Of a stretch of 64,000 nucleotides of DNA, positions 8,638 to 20,300 are shown piece after piece; the stretch's first letter is position 1; each line of letters opens with the position of its first letter. Position numbers and translations under genes: made by a program. Below the pieces are notes generated by a model that saw only the letters and a list, made by a program, of their open reading frames with translations, was not told the DNA's origin and did not search any database. The DNA lies in the IMG/VR virus record IMGVR_UViG_3300023184_004198, positions 148,615 to 212,614 of that record; one strand, given 5' to 3'.

Positions 8638-9254
8638 TAACAGAGTACAGTGCAAAGAAACCCAATATACGAGGATTGATTTTATTAGATTGTTGGGAAC
8701 CGGAAGTTCGCGATCATTTTTATAAAGACAAGTATTATGTAAATCTCATTGAAAAACTCAAAGATAAAAATTTTGAGTACATAGTTCACAGCGCCCATGG
8801 ATTACAAATAGATTTAAATGATACTGTCATGTCCAACACCTTCAAAGTTTGCGACTACTCTGACAATCATTCAATCATGCGTAGTTTGTTGGAACACGCA
8901 GGGGATCTTAGAACATCAAATTTGTTGGAAAAATATCTTCTCAAGCAAAATGGAGCTTCAATTAACATCATAAACATCCACGACTTTGTTTGGTTCTCTA
9001 AGGATTATTTGTTAAACCGGATAAAAAACTGGTTGATTGTAGGACATACCTGGCAGATGTGTACGCATGACCATGCACTTGGGTTGCCTCGACTGGCCAA
9101 CTTATCAAAAACATATAATTTAAATTTTTATGCTACTGATTACAGTTTTTGCACTATGACCGAGCAAACAGCAGGATTAAAAGAGTTTGAACAAGACAGT
9201 CTGAATTGGTGTTTGATTGAAGATTTTGGATATCAATTACTGCCGCAGGACTAA
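8634..9254 (+). CDS. Hypothetical protein, weak isochorismatase-like fold
   Basis: GLILLDCW near N-terminus; LIVG..W..C.H. Confidence 0.55.
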   Translation: MITEYSAKKPNIRGLILLDCWEPEVRDHFYKDKYYVNLIEKLKDKNFEYIVHSAHGLQIDLNDTVMSNTFKVCDYSDNHSIMRSLLEHAGDLRTSNLLEKYLLKQNGASINIINIHDFVWFSKDYLLNRIKNWLIVGHTWQMCTHDHALGLPRLANLSKTYNLNFYATDYSFCTMTEQTAGLKEFEQDSLNWCLIEDFGYQLLPQD

Positions 9255-9270
9255 CTAGATAAATATCTAC

Positions 9271-9819
9271 ATGGAACTGAGAGATCACATTAACCTAGTA
9301 GAGGCCAGTACTAGACCGGCCAAGTTGGAAACCACTCCCTTGCCTTATGGTCCCAAAGACTTGGCACCGGTGATGAGTGCTGACACAATTAATTATCATT
9401 TTGAACACTTGGCCAAGGGCTATGCAAAACGTTATAATGCTGGAGAAGGCAATGCAGATTTCAATCGTGCTGGCAGTTTTTTACACAATAAGTTTTTCCC
9501 TCAGCTTCGCGCTCCCAAAGGTGCCAACAGACCCCGTGGTGCTGTACTTGCCTTGATTGAAGAGCATTTCAAAACCTACGAAGACTTCAAAGAGGCTGTT
9601 AAAGAAAAGGCCATGAAGATACAGGGTTCAGGTTGGGTGTATTTGAGCACTGGTGGTGAAATCAAAACCATTGCCAACCATGCTGTGCGCACAGATATCT
9701 GTGTGCTCATTGACTGGTGGGAACACGCCTGGGCATTGGATTATCAAAGCGACAAAGAACGCTATCTAGATAACATCTGGAAAATAATAGATTGGGACGT
9801 CTGTAACGAACGTCTGTAA
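9271..9819 (+). CDS. sod: Fe/Mn superoxide dismutase with an extra N-terminal leader
   Basis: PLPY...LAP.MS..T..YH, FN..G..LH, QGSGW.YL, DWWEHA; all four metal-ligand positions present. Confidence 0.9.
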   Translation: MELRDHINLVEASTRPAKLETTPLPYGPKDLAPVMSADTINYHFEHLAKGYAKRYNAGEGNADFNRAGSFLHNKFFPQLRAPKGANRPRGAVLALIEEHFKTYEDFKEAVKEKAMKIQGSGWVYLSTGGEIKTIANHAVRTDICVLIDWWEHAWALDYQSDKERYLDNIWKIIDWDVCNERL

Positions 9820-9828
9820 GGAGTCGGC

Positions 9829-10092
9829 ATGTGGCAACTACTGTGGGTACTACTGCCCGTTGTGGCACATGCGGACATGAATGATTGTGTGAGAGAACCC
9901 AACCAGGATAAAAAGAATTATTGTATGGCTACTTACAGCGGGAGTGCCGCTTTTTGCGATCGAATACGAGGCTACGAATATCGAACACAATGCATGCGAA
10001 TGGTCATTGCCAAGCAACGAGAAGTCGCATATCAAACACCCAAACCACCCACAAAGGAAAAAAAGAATGAACCTGCAACCAGCGGCCATTAG
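9829..10092 (+). CDS. Small secreted Cys-containing protein
   Basis: Signal peptide ending AHA; four Cys; AAGGAG RBS. Confidence 0.7.
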   Translation: MWQLLWVLLPVVAHADMNDCVREPNQDKKNYCMATYSGSAAFCDRIRGYEYRTQCMRMVIAKQREVAYQTPKPPTKEKKNEPATSGH

Positions 10093-10387
10093 CAAACTAA
10101 AAGAACTTGTTGCTGAAGAAGGCAACCCTGAACTAAAACTACGAGTATTTGTACAAGGTGGAGGATGTTCAGGATTCAGTTATGGTTTTACATTTGATGA
10201 AGCTCGAAACGAAGATGATTTTGATTTCTCTTACGACACTGTGCAAGTTGTTGTAGATGCCATGAGCATGCAGTATCTACAAGGATCAGAGATTGATTAC
10301 AAAGAAGATATGATGGGCGCCAGCTTTGTGATCAACAATCCGCAAGCAGTCAGCACTTGCGGATGTGGATCAAGTTTTAGCATTTAA
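10067..10387 (+). CDS. erpA: Iron-sulfur cluster insertion protein, ErpA/IscA (HesB) family
   Basis: [17 protein letters not shown]...[13 protein letters not shown]. Confidence 0.9.
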   Translation: MNLQPAAISKLKELVAEEGNPELKLRVFVQGGGCSGFSYGFTFDEARNEDDFDFSYDTVQVVVDAMSMQYLQGSEIDYKEDMMGASFVINNPQAVSTCGCGSSFSI

Positions 10388-13161
10388 ACTGTTTCACCAT
10401 TTTCGCGGATGAACTCAGTGTCTCCGCCTACAATATCAAACACACGCATCCAGAAGCGTTCCACTGGTCGGAATATCCAACCCCAGCGGTTTTCGCCGTA
10501 ATAGTATTTGCCATAGCATACCAAGGGATCTGCAAAAGTCTTTGTGACCAAGAACTTGAACACACGTGACTCACGCATGAGTGGCACCAGTACTTCTGCC
10601 AGTCGGTAGTAGCCTCTGCGGTTTCGACCAGTCATCTTCTCATCACGGTATCTGCGTACCACTGAATCCATGGTGCCATCACCGTAGCGAGCTTCAAGCA
10701 TGATGAAGCAGCAACCACCACCACCACCGCCGCCGCCACCTGCACTGCAACCACTGCCGGCTGAACTGCTGCAACTGCCTGCACTGCCGTCGCCACCAAA
10801 TCCTGTTTGTCCCTTGTTATGAACCACAAGGTTGTTGGCTATGTAAGTGTTGTTGCCATCTAGTTTGAAATTATAGATTACTTGTTGTTGATCTTGATCG
10901 CTGTATTCTTCAATTGAGTCGATTACAACCCCCACGCCGTCTTCAGTTTCGACTACATCGCCCACGGCATATTTGCCCACGGTCATTTTATACTTGGCGT
11001 AGGTCATTACAGGGTCAAAAGATCGCCAACCATGGCCACGTATCCATACTGGGTGATCGCTGGTCATAAATGGTGTGCTGCCGTTGAATGCCATCATGGT
11101 GGCACCGGTTTCGCCCAAAGTGGGTCGCAAAAACTCCAGCACGGTGTTGTGTGCGCCATCCATACCCAGCACAACTTCCCCTAGCGCAACATCTTCGATA
11201 TTTTTGCGTGAACCGTCGGCCATGGTAATTTGTGTACCAGCCACAAAGCAACAACAAATACGAACAGTGTCATACACTTTTGGTGGGGGAGGAGGCAACG
11301 CTCTCAAATCCGGGGGTCTAGATACTCTGGCCCAATCATCTGATTGAGATATAAAATAGGGCACAAAAGTTCCAACCACCGGTTCCCATACCCCAGCTTC
11401 GTTTACATACATGCCGTCAATTTGTTTCCACTCGCCATCTACATTAACAAAAATAGTTTTAACTTCTTGCCAACCGCCGGCAGTTCTCACTCTAGGACCA
11501 AAACTGTTGAATATGAACACAGCGCCACCGTTGCCACCTTGCACCGAACCTGGCAGTCCACCTTGTCCTACTCCGGGCAACAGGTTATGATATGGACCAG
11601 TAAAAGCCACACCCGCACCATTGGGACTTAATGCTGTGCCAGTGGCAATTGGATTTAGATAACTTACTCCTACACCACCGGCTTGTCCGTAAGCATCACC
11701 TTCGCTACTGTAACCATTTTTTCCAGCGCCGCCAGGACCGCCAGGACCGCCTGCCCCTCCACCGCCACCATCTTTGTAGAAATCGCCTTGATTTTGGCCA
11801 ACTTGTCCATTGGAAATTCCAGCGGCAGTCTGTCCACGTGGTCCTGGTGCATTGGATTCAGAAATACCAGTATCACTGTTGCCAGCACCACCGCCACCAG
11901 CGCCACCTACTGCAACTGCTATCAATGTTTCATTTGGTGTTTGTGGATTTAGTACCAATGTGGTACAACCGCCAGACCCACCACCACCACCTGAACTGCC
12001 CACAGGACCTGCCAGTCCACCAGTGGCGCCTGACCAACTTTTACTAATGACAATGGCCACACCTGCACTTGGCAAAGCTGTTTGACTAAATGAAGCAAAG
12101 AATGAAATTGTGTGATAGCCTTGACTTACTGTAACATTTGTAGTGTATGCTGTGCTGTATGAATCAGAACCCGGTGTGGTATACACCACAACACCATCAA
12201 TGCTGAGTGTGGCTGTGTTGGCAGCAGCCATCTCAACTTGATAAGACCCAGTGTAAGGAAAATACACATTGGCATAGGTTCTAGCGCATGAACTGGCTTT
12301 GAAATTTTGTTCCCACATACCAAAGTCCAACATCAAATTGCTGTAAATATTGTCAGGCTCTGTGTCAGGATTTGGCACGTATAAAGGCGGACTGGCTACA
12401 GCACTTCTAGTATCAAATACATTTCTCACCAAACCATATCCACCCAACCCTGCATTGCCAGTTGTGGCTATGGTAAGTCCTACTCCAAATACGCCGTATG
12501 TGGCTCCAACATTGGCATTGGCAAGAATACGTATGGTATGATTACCCGGAGTTATAGTGCGTACAAATTGCACACCGCCTGACTCTTGTGTCTTCCAACT
12601 GTCAACACCGGATTCCAACAATACTTCGCCGTCAAGAAAAACTGTGGCTTGGTAATACGCTGCTAATCTAAAAACATAAGTGATAGAAAAAGGAAAAAAT
12701 ACAGTAAATGATTGATCAAAGTTTAAAGTATTGGCTAAACTGGTGGTACTGCCATCCAATGCTGTGCCAGTGTTCCACACACCAGTGTCATTCAAAAATT
12801 TTGACCAGCGAGCAACCGTGGTAGCACTGGCACGAGGCAGTGCTGTGGTTCTTCCAATAGGAACAGCGGTGCGTGTGTTAAAAATACTGTCTTCGTAAGA
12901 ATTGGCTATGCTACTGTTTCGGCCACTGCCACCAGCAGCGCCCACTGCAATCTCAATCACATCACCAGGATTAACAGTAAACGACGCTGATACATATCCA
13001 CCACCAGAGCCTGAGCCACCTTGACGACTCCCGTCGCTGCCGCCGGAACCTCCGCCTGCACCCCAGAGATAAGCCTGTACAGTTTGTGAATATCCGGCAG
13101 CAGGCAAAGTCAGGGTTTGCCGAGCGTTGATCATGCTCAAAGGTCTAATTAGTGTGGTCAT
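10384..13161 (-). CDS. Gly-rich tail fibre/adhesin with Hint domain and CFI-box-like C-terminus
   Basis: WGAGGG Gly-rich domain, PA14-like segments, CFVAGT...VHN Hint, CCFI...RRYRD...YY tail. Confidence 0.8.
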   Translation of the reverse strand: MTTLIRPLSMINARQTLTLPAAGYSQTVQAYLWGAGGGSGGSDGSRQGGSGSGGGYVSASFTVNPGDVIEIAVGAAGGSGRNSSIANSYEDSIFNTRTAVPIGRTTALPRASATTVARWSKFLNDTGVWNTGTALDGSTTSLANTLNFDQSFTVFFPFSITYVFRLAAYYQATVFLDGEVLLESGVDSWKTQESGGVQFVRTITPGNHTIRILANANVGATYGVFGVGLTIATTGNAGLGGYGLVRNVFDTRSAVASPPLYVPNPDTEPDNIYSNLMLDFGMWEQNFKASSCARTYANVYFPYTGSYQVEMAAANTATLSIDGVVVYTTPGSDSYSTAYTTNVTVSQGYHTISFFASFSQTALPSAGVAIVISKSWSGATGGLAGPVGSSGGGGGSGGCTTLVLNPQTPNETLIAVAVGGAGGGGAGNSDTGISESNAPGPRGQTAAGISNGQVGQNQGDFYKDGGGGGAGGPGGPGGAGKNGYSSEGDAYGQAGGVGVSYLNPIATGTALSPNGAGVAFTGPYHNLLPGVGQGGLPGSVQGGNGGAVFIFNSFGPRVRTAGGWQEVKTIFVNVDGEWKQIDGMYVNEAGVWEPVVGTFVPYFISQSDDWARVSRPPDLRALPPPPPKVYDTVRICCCFVAGTQITMADGSRKNIEDVALGEVVLGMDGAHNTVLEFLRPTLGETGATMMAFNGSTPFMTSDHPVWIRGHGWRSFDPVMTYAKYKMTVGKYAVGDVVETEDGVGVVIDSIEEYSDQDQQQVIYNFKLDGNNTYIANNLVVHNKGQTGFGGDGSAGSCSSSAGSGCSAGGGGGGGGGCCFIMLEARYGDGTMDSVVRRYRDEKMTGRNRRGYYRLAEVLVPLMRESRVFKFLVTKTFADPLVCYGKYYYGENRWGWIFRPVERFWMRVFDIVGGDTEFIRENGETV
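10816..11250 (-). other. Hint (bacterial intein-like) autoprocessing domain, ~145 aa
   Basis: Block [14 protein letters not shown], block B TSDHP, blocks [21 protein letters not shown]; the +1 residue is K. Confidence 0.85.
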
Positions 13162-13164
13162 TGT

Positions 13165-14562
13165 TTACGCTACAATTTGATACCAAATATCTCCAGTGAC
13201 ACCAGCAATGTTGGGTCCTGTGGTTCCAATGTAACGTGTGCCGTATCCGTTACTGGTGGTGGCGATAGTAATAGTTCGATCGGCACTGAGATCGCCACCA
13301 CCAGTCAAACCACCTGTGCCTGTAATTGTTCTAGTGTTGGGTGGCACGCCAAGATTGGTTCTTGCCACTGCGGCAGTTGCACCACCGGTACCACCATCTG
13401 CCACAGCCAGTGGAGTGATACCACTTACAGCACCGCCAGTTATGACAACAGCATTGGCATTTTGCACTGCCATGGTGCCCACTGTTGTGATAGCACCTGT
13501 GGCTAGTCCAAGATTGGTTCTTGCATCAGCAGCATTGCTGGCGCCAGTGCCGCCATCTGCTACAGCCAGGTCTGTAATGCCTGAAATACTTCCGCCCAAA
13601 ATAGACACAGCAGTTCTATCTTGTGTGGACATCGTGCCCAGGCCGAGGTTGGTTCTTGCGCCGGCTGCGGTACTAGCACCTGTACCGCCATCTGCTACAG
13701 CCAGATCTGCAATACCTACAATGAACCCACCAGTGATAGCAACCACAGTGGAGTCTTGGAATGCCATGGTGCCTAGAGTGTTTATGTTGTTGATTACAAA
13801 CTCAGTACTGGCAATTTGTGTGGTGCTGGTTCCATTGGCAGCAGTGGGCGCTCTAGGTATTCCAGTAAAAACAGGACTGACTTTTTCATTTTGCACAAAA
13901 CTAGTTGTGGCAATTTGTGTGGTGTTAGTGCCATATGCCGCAGTGGGTGCAGTGGGTACACCGTTGAATGCTGGACTGTTGGACACAAACGCTGTGGTAG
14001 CAATTTGTGTGGTGTTGGTTCCTGCCACAGCAGTGGGTGCTGTGGGTGTGCCAGTAAATGCAGGTGAAACTTTTTCTCCTTGTACAAATGCTGTGGTAGC
14101 AATTTGTGTTGTTCCGGTTCCTGCTGTGGCTGTGGGTGCAGTAGGTGTGCCCGAAAATGCAGGAGATACTTTGTTGTTTTGTACAAATGCTGTAGTAGCA
14201 AGTTGTGTAGTACTGGTGCTGGTGCTGGCTGTGGGTGCAGTGGGTGTGCCTGAGAATGCAGGACTAATTTTTTGTAATTGCACATAATCTTGACTGGCCA
14301 GCGCAACCCAAACATTTGCTGTGCTGTAAGCACTGATGATATCATTGCCGGAATCATACCAAAGTTGACCCAAAATAGGCTGGGTAGGTGCAGTACCGTT
14401 GGCAAAATTTTCCAACAAATATACATAGTTTTCGTTTTGATAATCCCCGTAGTTGGTAACAGCACGACCCACTAGGGCAAGATCTGTGGCAGTGGTGTTA
14501 ACTGTGCCGTCTCCTACAACTGCTACAATTTGTCCACGAGTGTTATTGATGATATATGACAT
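13165..14562 (-). CDS. Tail fibre protein with internal repeats
   Basis: Five SPAFxGTPTAPTA...TTQIATTAFV repeats, three LAVADGGTGA..ARTNLG repeats, GDIWYQ end. Confidence 0.85.
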   Translation of the reverse strand: MSYIINNTRGQIVAVVGDGTVNTTATDLALVGRAVTNYGDYQNENYVYLLENFANGTAPTQPILGQLWYDSGNDIISAYSTANVWVALASQDYVQLQKISPAFSGTPTAPTASTSTSTTQLATTAFVQNNKVSPAFSGTPTAPTATAGTGTTQIATTAFVQGEKVSPAFTGTPTAPTAVAGTNTTQIATTAFVSNSPAFNGVPTAPTAAYGTNTTQIATTSFVQNEKVSPVFTGIPRAPTAANGTSTTQIASTEFVINNINTLGTMAFQDSTVVAITGGFIVGIADLAVADGGTGASTAAGARTNLGLGTMSTQDRTAVSILGGSISGITDLAVADGGTGASNAADARTNLGLATGAITTVGTMAVQNANAVVITGGAVSGITPLAVADGGTGGATAAVARTNLGVPPNTRTITGTGGLTGGGDLSADRTITIATTSNGYGTRYIGTTGPNIAGVTGDIWYQIVA

Positions 14563-14630
14563 TGACCGCTCCGATTGTCAGTATTTAGCGGCACGCAAAG
14601 TTTTGGTAAATACTCAACTGGAACACAAAC

Positions 14631-16820
14631 ATGGCACAAGAAATTATCAACATCGGAGCAGTGGCCAACGACGGCGCTGGAGATCCTTTACGCACTGCGT
14701 TTACCAAAACCAACAACAACTTCAGTCAGTTGTTTGCAGCAGGTGGCGTGTCAGGTATTTCAAACGGCACTAGTAATATCAACATATTAAACAGTGGTGC
14801 TATATTGATGAGCCCACAAGGCGTGGCCAATGTGATCACTGTCACTGCAACTGGCGCTACTGTTACAGGAACACTGATTGGAAACACCACAATCAGTGCC
14901 GTGGGCAACGTTTTAGCAGGTCAGTTTTTCATTGGCAATGGATCACAACTTACTGGTGTTGTGTCTGTGGCTGCTGCGGCTCTGATTACCGGAAACACAT
15001 TGAGTTCTAACGTTGTAACCAGCAGTTTGACCACAGTGGGCACATTGGGTACGCTCAGTGTCACTGGTAATATTCGCGGTGGCAATATCAATACTCCTGG
15101 TGCAGTAGTTGCATCAGGTGATGTTTCTGGCACAAATGTCAATGCAGGCAGCAATGTTAACGCTTCAGGCAATGTCACTGGTGGAAATGTAATAGTTGTA
15201 GCAGATGTATCAGCAGGTGGTGTTGTCAGTGCTGTGGGCAATGTCAGTGGCGCATATTTCATTGGCAATGGATCACAACTATCAGGTATTTCTGTAAGCT
15301 CTAATGCAGCATTATTGACTTATACCACATTGAGTAGTAATGTTACAGACAGTAGTCTGCGACAACTTGGTACATTGAATTATTTAAATGTTGGAAATGC
15401 ATTAGGTGGCAATGGTGCCATCAACTCCAACAGTATTTCTGCTGGAACAACCATTGTGGCCACCGGCAACATCACTGGTGGTAACATCAACACTGGAGGC
15501 ATAGTCACCGCCACAGGGAATATTAATTCAGGTGCAATTATTTCTGCATTTGGCAACATTGCCACAGCAGCCAATATCTCAGGAGGCAATTTAAATATTG
15601 CTACTCAAATTTTCAGTGCTGGAGACATCAACGCTGTTGGTAATATTACAGGCGGTAATGTCAACACCGGTGGCGAATTGTTTGCTGCTGGCAATGTTTA
15701 TGGCGCCAATATTCAAGGTGGTGCCAATGTATTTGCTACATTGCACACAGGAACCACAGTGTCAATGACTGGTAATATACGTGGTGGTAACCTGATCACA
15801 GCCGGTTTGGCCAATGTAGCAGGACGAGTAGAAGCTGGCAACATTTTAACTTATGGTACAGTTACTGCTATTGGCAACGTCACAGCACCAAACTTCATAG
15901 GCAATGTTGTTGGTAATATCACTGGTACATTGTCTGCACCAGGATCCAATACACAAGTGGTGTTTAACGATTCTGGTACAGCCAATGCCAATGCAAGTTT
16001 AACATTCAACAAGACCACTGGAGCACTCACAGCCAATGGTACTATAACAGGCGGCAATATTAACACAGCAGGCACACTCAGTGTTGGTGGTAGCACCATT
16101 ATTGCTGGCAACTTGACAGTGAGTGGCACAACTGAATATACCAACGTTTCCACTTTGGCCATACAAGATCCTATCATCAGCATAGGTCGTGGTGCCAACA
16201 ATGCTGCGCTGTTGAGCAGTGACGGCAAAGATCGCGGCGAACAATTGTATTATTTTAGTTCTGCTGAGCGATCGGCGTTTATTGGTTATCAAGCCAGCTC
16301 AGGCAAATTGATAGCAGCAGTACAAACTACCATTACCAACGAAGTTGTAACAGTCAACAGTTATGGAACCATTGTGGTTGGCACAGTAGAAGGCACAGCA
16401 CTCAATGTCACCGGCAATGTACAAGGTGGCAATGTGATATCCAATGCTCTGGTGCAAGGTGCAAGCCTCAGCGTTACTGGTAACACCGCCACAGTCACAA
16501 GTGCCAATTATCAAATTGGCTACAGAGACTTGCCGCAGATTACCACATTCAGCACTTTGGTTGCAGATGCCGGTGGCAAACATTACTACGGTTCGGGCAC
16601 TATTACTATCCCTGCCAGTGGTACACTGAATTTTGCTGTGGGCACTGCTATCTTGATTATTGCTAGTAACAGCACTACCATTGCTAATGCCGCTGGTGTC
16701 ACACTGATTCAAGCCGGCACTGGATCCACAGGATCAAGAACTTTGGCACAATACGGTGAGGCCAGCTTGGTCAAAGTGGCCACAGATACCTGGTACATAT
16801 CAGGCGTAGGAATAAGTTAA
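14631..16820 (+). CDS. Tail fibre / baseplate-attached fibre
   Basis: N-terminal INIG..ANDG.GDPLR.AF.K.N.NF (T4 gp9/gp10-like); many GN(I/V)xGGN repeats. Confidence 0.8.
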   Translation: MAQEIINIGAVANDGAGDPLRTAFTKTNNNFSQLFAAGGVSGISNGTSNINILNSGAILMSPQGVANVITVTATGATVTGTLIGNTTISAVGNVLAGQFFIGNGSQLTGVVSVAAAALITGNTLSSNVVTSSLTTVGTLGTLSVTGNIRGGNINTPGAVVASGDVSGTNVNAGSNVNASGNVTGGNVIVVADVSAGGVVSAVGNVSGAYFIGNGSQLSGISVSSNAALLTYTTLSSNVTDSSLRQLGTLNYLNVGNALGGNGAINSNSISAGTTIVATGNITGGNINTGGIVTATGNINSGAIISAFGNIATAANISGGNLNIATQIFSAGDINAVGNITGGNVNTGGELFAAGNVYGANIQGGANVFATLHTGTTVSMTGNIRGGNLITAGLANVAGRVEAGNILTYGTVTAIGNVTAPNFIGNVVGNITGTLSAPGSNTQVVFNDSGTANANASLTFNKTTGALTANGTITGGNINTAGTLSVGGSTIIAGNLTVSGTTEYTNVSTLAIQDPIISIGRGANNAALLSSDGKDRGEQLYYFSSAERSAFIGYQASSGKLIAAVQTTITNEVVTVNSYGTIVVGTVEGTALNVTGNVQGGNVISNALVQGASLSVTGNTATVTSANYQIGYRDLPQITTFSTLVADAGGKHYYGSGTITIPASGTLNFAVGTAILIIASNSTTIANAAGVTLIQAGTGSTGSRTLAQYGEASLVKVATDTWYISGVGIS

Positions 16821-17359
16821 TGACTGGCATAATGACCGCTATCTCAGGATCAGTTGCTGGGAGAGTTTACGCCAGTGGCCTGTATCGAAGAACATATTCT
16901 GGATATTTCGCGGACAATGTAAACTATTTTGATGGTGCCTCACCCACTGCCTCGGCAGTGGACACATCACCTGTTGCTGTGCCAGGAACAATCCCCGCCG
17001 CAACCAGTTATCAATGGCTGGGCTACTGGTTGTCCACAGCAGACACACTGGTTGGTGGCACTAATACATTTTTTGGAATCACCTCAGATGATGCCAGTTA
17101 CATGTGGGTTGGCAATACTGCAATCACAGGATATACCACAGGCAATGCCTTGATCAACAACGGTGGCCTTCATTCACCGGCTAGCATTTATGCTGCATAC
17201 CCAATGACTGCAGGAGTGTATTATCCCATTAGAATACAATATGGCAATAGTGGCAGCGGTGGCGCATTTGAATTTGTTGTGTACAGCAATTCTCTAGGGC
17301 TCTATACCACCACAATGACCAGTAATATCTTTTATAATTTGGTGCTAAATGGCTTCTAA
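16820..17359 (+). CDS. PA14/GLEYA-like carbohydrate-binding virion protein
   Basis: SDDASY.W.G...NNGG.H...AG.YYPIRIQYGN. Confidence 0.75.
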   Translation: MTGIMTAISGSVAGRVYASGLYRRTYSGYFADNVNYFDGASPTASAVDTSPVAVPGTIPAATSYQWLGYWLSTADTLVGGTNTFFGITSDDASYMWVGNTAITGYTTGNALINNGGLHSPASIYAAYPMTAGVYYPIRIQYGNSGSGGAFEFVVYSNSLGLYTTTMTSNIFYNLVLNGF

Positions 17360-17394
17360 CGTCACAATAAATATGTCAAAGGCTTAATAACAAC

Positions 17395-20300
17395 ATGGCA
17401 CAACCTGTTTGGATCACCCCCGCTGGAAGCCTAGGCATCATACCTGAAGGCATATTTTATCAAAACAGCATGCGGGCCTACGATCCTGATCCTGCACCAG
17501 GCACAGATCTGTATTATCGAGTCATATCAGGTACCTTGCCAGCCGGAATTCAATGCAGTGTCACTGGTTTAATTGCCGGCGTACCTCAGGCTGTGGCCAG
17601 TTTGCAAGGTGTACCACAACCAGTTAATCGCAACGAAACCAGCAAATTTACTCTGCGTGCCTACACTGAAAATGAAGCCACTGGGCAAATTTTGCGCATT
17701 GCGGATCGTACATTTACTCTCACAGTCAGTGGCAATGACATACCTGAATTTACCACGCCTATTGGATCATTCACCGCTAGTAATACTGCACAGTTTGTGG
17801 GTGCAATTTCCGGCACAGAACTCACTGTAAGTTCTATTACATCAGGCACATTGAGCAATGGCATGGTTTTGCGCGGAACCAATATTGTTCCTGGAACAAC
17901 CATTGTTGACACAGGAACAGCCAATGGCGGCACAGGCAAATACACTGTAAATATCAGTCAAACCAATTTAGGTACAACAATCACCGGCTGGATAGGCACC
18001 TATTACGACGGAGACCTTGTTGATCTAACATTTGGGTATACCAGTTTGGATCCCGACGAAACTATCACAGTCAGGCTGGTGTCAGGTGAATTACCATTGG
18101 GGCTGACACTCAGTACTTCAGGGCGTTTGTATGGATACATAGAACCTGCTGCCAATGTAAACAAAACTCCAGGTTACGACGAAACACAAATTGACACAGT
18201 GCCTTATGACTTTGTAGTGTCTGCTATCAACAAAAATTATCAATTCACACTAGAAGTCACTGATGGGAAAAGCAGTAGTCTAAGAACATTTACAATTTAT
18301 GTTTACAACAAAAGTGATCTCACAGCAGACAATTCAATAGTAACAGGGGACAACACATTTGTCACAACTGATCAAATTGTGGATCGAAATCCATTCTTGG
18401 TCAATGCTGAGCCCAGTTATCTTGGTCGTGTGCGTTCTGACAACTATTTTGCCTATCAATTCAGGGCCAATGACTACGACACTGTGGATCTCACATATTC
18501 AATTGAAGTCAATCAAGGTGAGGGTCTTCCACCAGGATTAACACTGGATCCCACAACTGGTTGGTACTACGGATACATTCCAGATCAGGGACTGTTGGAA
18601 GTTACCTACAGTTTCAACATCACGGTAAGTCAAACTGACAATCCCACAATTACCAGTCAGCCATATCCTTTTACCTTGACCATTGTGGGCATTACCGACA
18701 GTGAATGTACTTGGATAACAGATTCAGATCTTGGTGTACTGGAAAATGGTGCCACAAGTTTGCTCAAAGTTGAAGCCATCAATCGTGGCAACAAACCACT
18801 GAGTTACAGATTAAAGAGTGGTGCATTCAATGAGTTACCACAGGGACTGACATTGTTGCCATCGGGAGAAATTGCCGGACGAGCAACATTCAACACGTTT
18901 TCAGTGGACTTGGGATTTACCACATTTGATAAATCACAAAGCAACATCACCGGTATTAGTGAAACCACGTTTGACAGCTCATACACGTTTACTGTAAACG
19001 CTTATGCTGAGGATCCCAGCCAAGATGTTTACAATGTGGCCAGTGTCACTGTGACCAATGGTGGTTCAGGCTACAGCGGCATCAATTTACCTACATTGGA
19101 ATTTTCAGCACCAATTGGTGCTGATGCAGAGCGAGCACAAGGAACGGCAGTGGTTTCAGGAGGTCAAATAGTTGCGGTTAATGTGACCAATCAAGGTGCT
19201 GGTTACTACAGTCAACCCACACTGACAGTGACTCAAGGATTTGGTGGATCAGGTGCTGTGCTTACGCCGGTGATACAACCCTATGGCGCCAGAGATGCTA
19301 TCTCAGTGTTCAAAACTTTCACTATCAGAGTATTCAGAGCTTACAACTATCCATATCAAAACTTGTATGTGGTGGCCATGCCGCCTGTAAATGACCGTGT
19401 ACTGTTGGATCAACTGCTGACTAATCAAGAAATTTTTGTACCTGAATACATTTATCGCCCAGACGATGCCAACTTTGGTGTCAGTACCGCGGTAAAATAC
19501 GAGCATGCATATGGATTAGCACCTGAAACAATCGACACTTACGTGGCTAGTTTGTATCTGAATCATTATTGGAAGAATTTGATCTTAGGATCAATTGAAA
19601 CAGCCCAGGCATTGGATGCCAATGGCAACGTGGTGTATGAAGTTGTTTACAGTAAAATTGTTGATGACCTTGTAAATTCAGCCGGAGAAAGTGTGAGCAA
19701 AATTGTAAATTTGCCATATTCCATAACTGATCCTGCAGATGGCAGCACAGAAATCACACAGGTGTATCCCAACAGTCTTGTGAACATGCGAGATCAAGTT
19801 ATTGACGTTGTGGGACAAATCAGCACAAAACTACCACTGTGGATGACTTCAAAACAAACCAATGGTCGTGTGTTGGGCTTTACCCCTGCTTGGGTGATAT
19901 GTTATGCCAATCCTGGGCGATCAAAACAGATTGCTTATTATATTTCTGAATATTTTGCTCAACAATTAAACAGTGTAGATTTCAAAGTTGATAGGTATGT
20001 GCTAGACCGTACATTGAGCAAAAATTGGAATACCGAAACACAACAATGGACTCCCACAGGAAGTCTTACCACATTTGACTACTATAATACCACTGGATAT
20101 GTTGACATTGGTCTAGTGGAATGTGCTACCAATCTAGCCTATGACGACATCAATTACAGAACCCTGGACGAAATAAATGCCTTGGGCGGCATAGATGGAC
20201 TGACCTGGATCGATGATGGTGGTGTAGCACCATTTGGCACCAAGGTAGTAATCAGAGATGGTACACGAATTATTTTTGTCAAACAAGAAGGATATTTCAA

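Noticed and set aside
10816-11250. Canonical mobile intein
   Set aside because: No endonuclease domain and the +1 residue is Lys rather than Cys/Ser/Thr; treated as a BIL/Hint domain
13800-14260. Regularly spaced DNA repeats resembling a CRISPR array
   Set aside because: Degenerate in-frame protein repeats of the fibre; no unique spacers or cas genes
13238-14287. 349-aa + strand ORF
   Set aside because: Antisense shadow of the repetitive tail fibre gene
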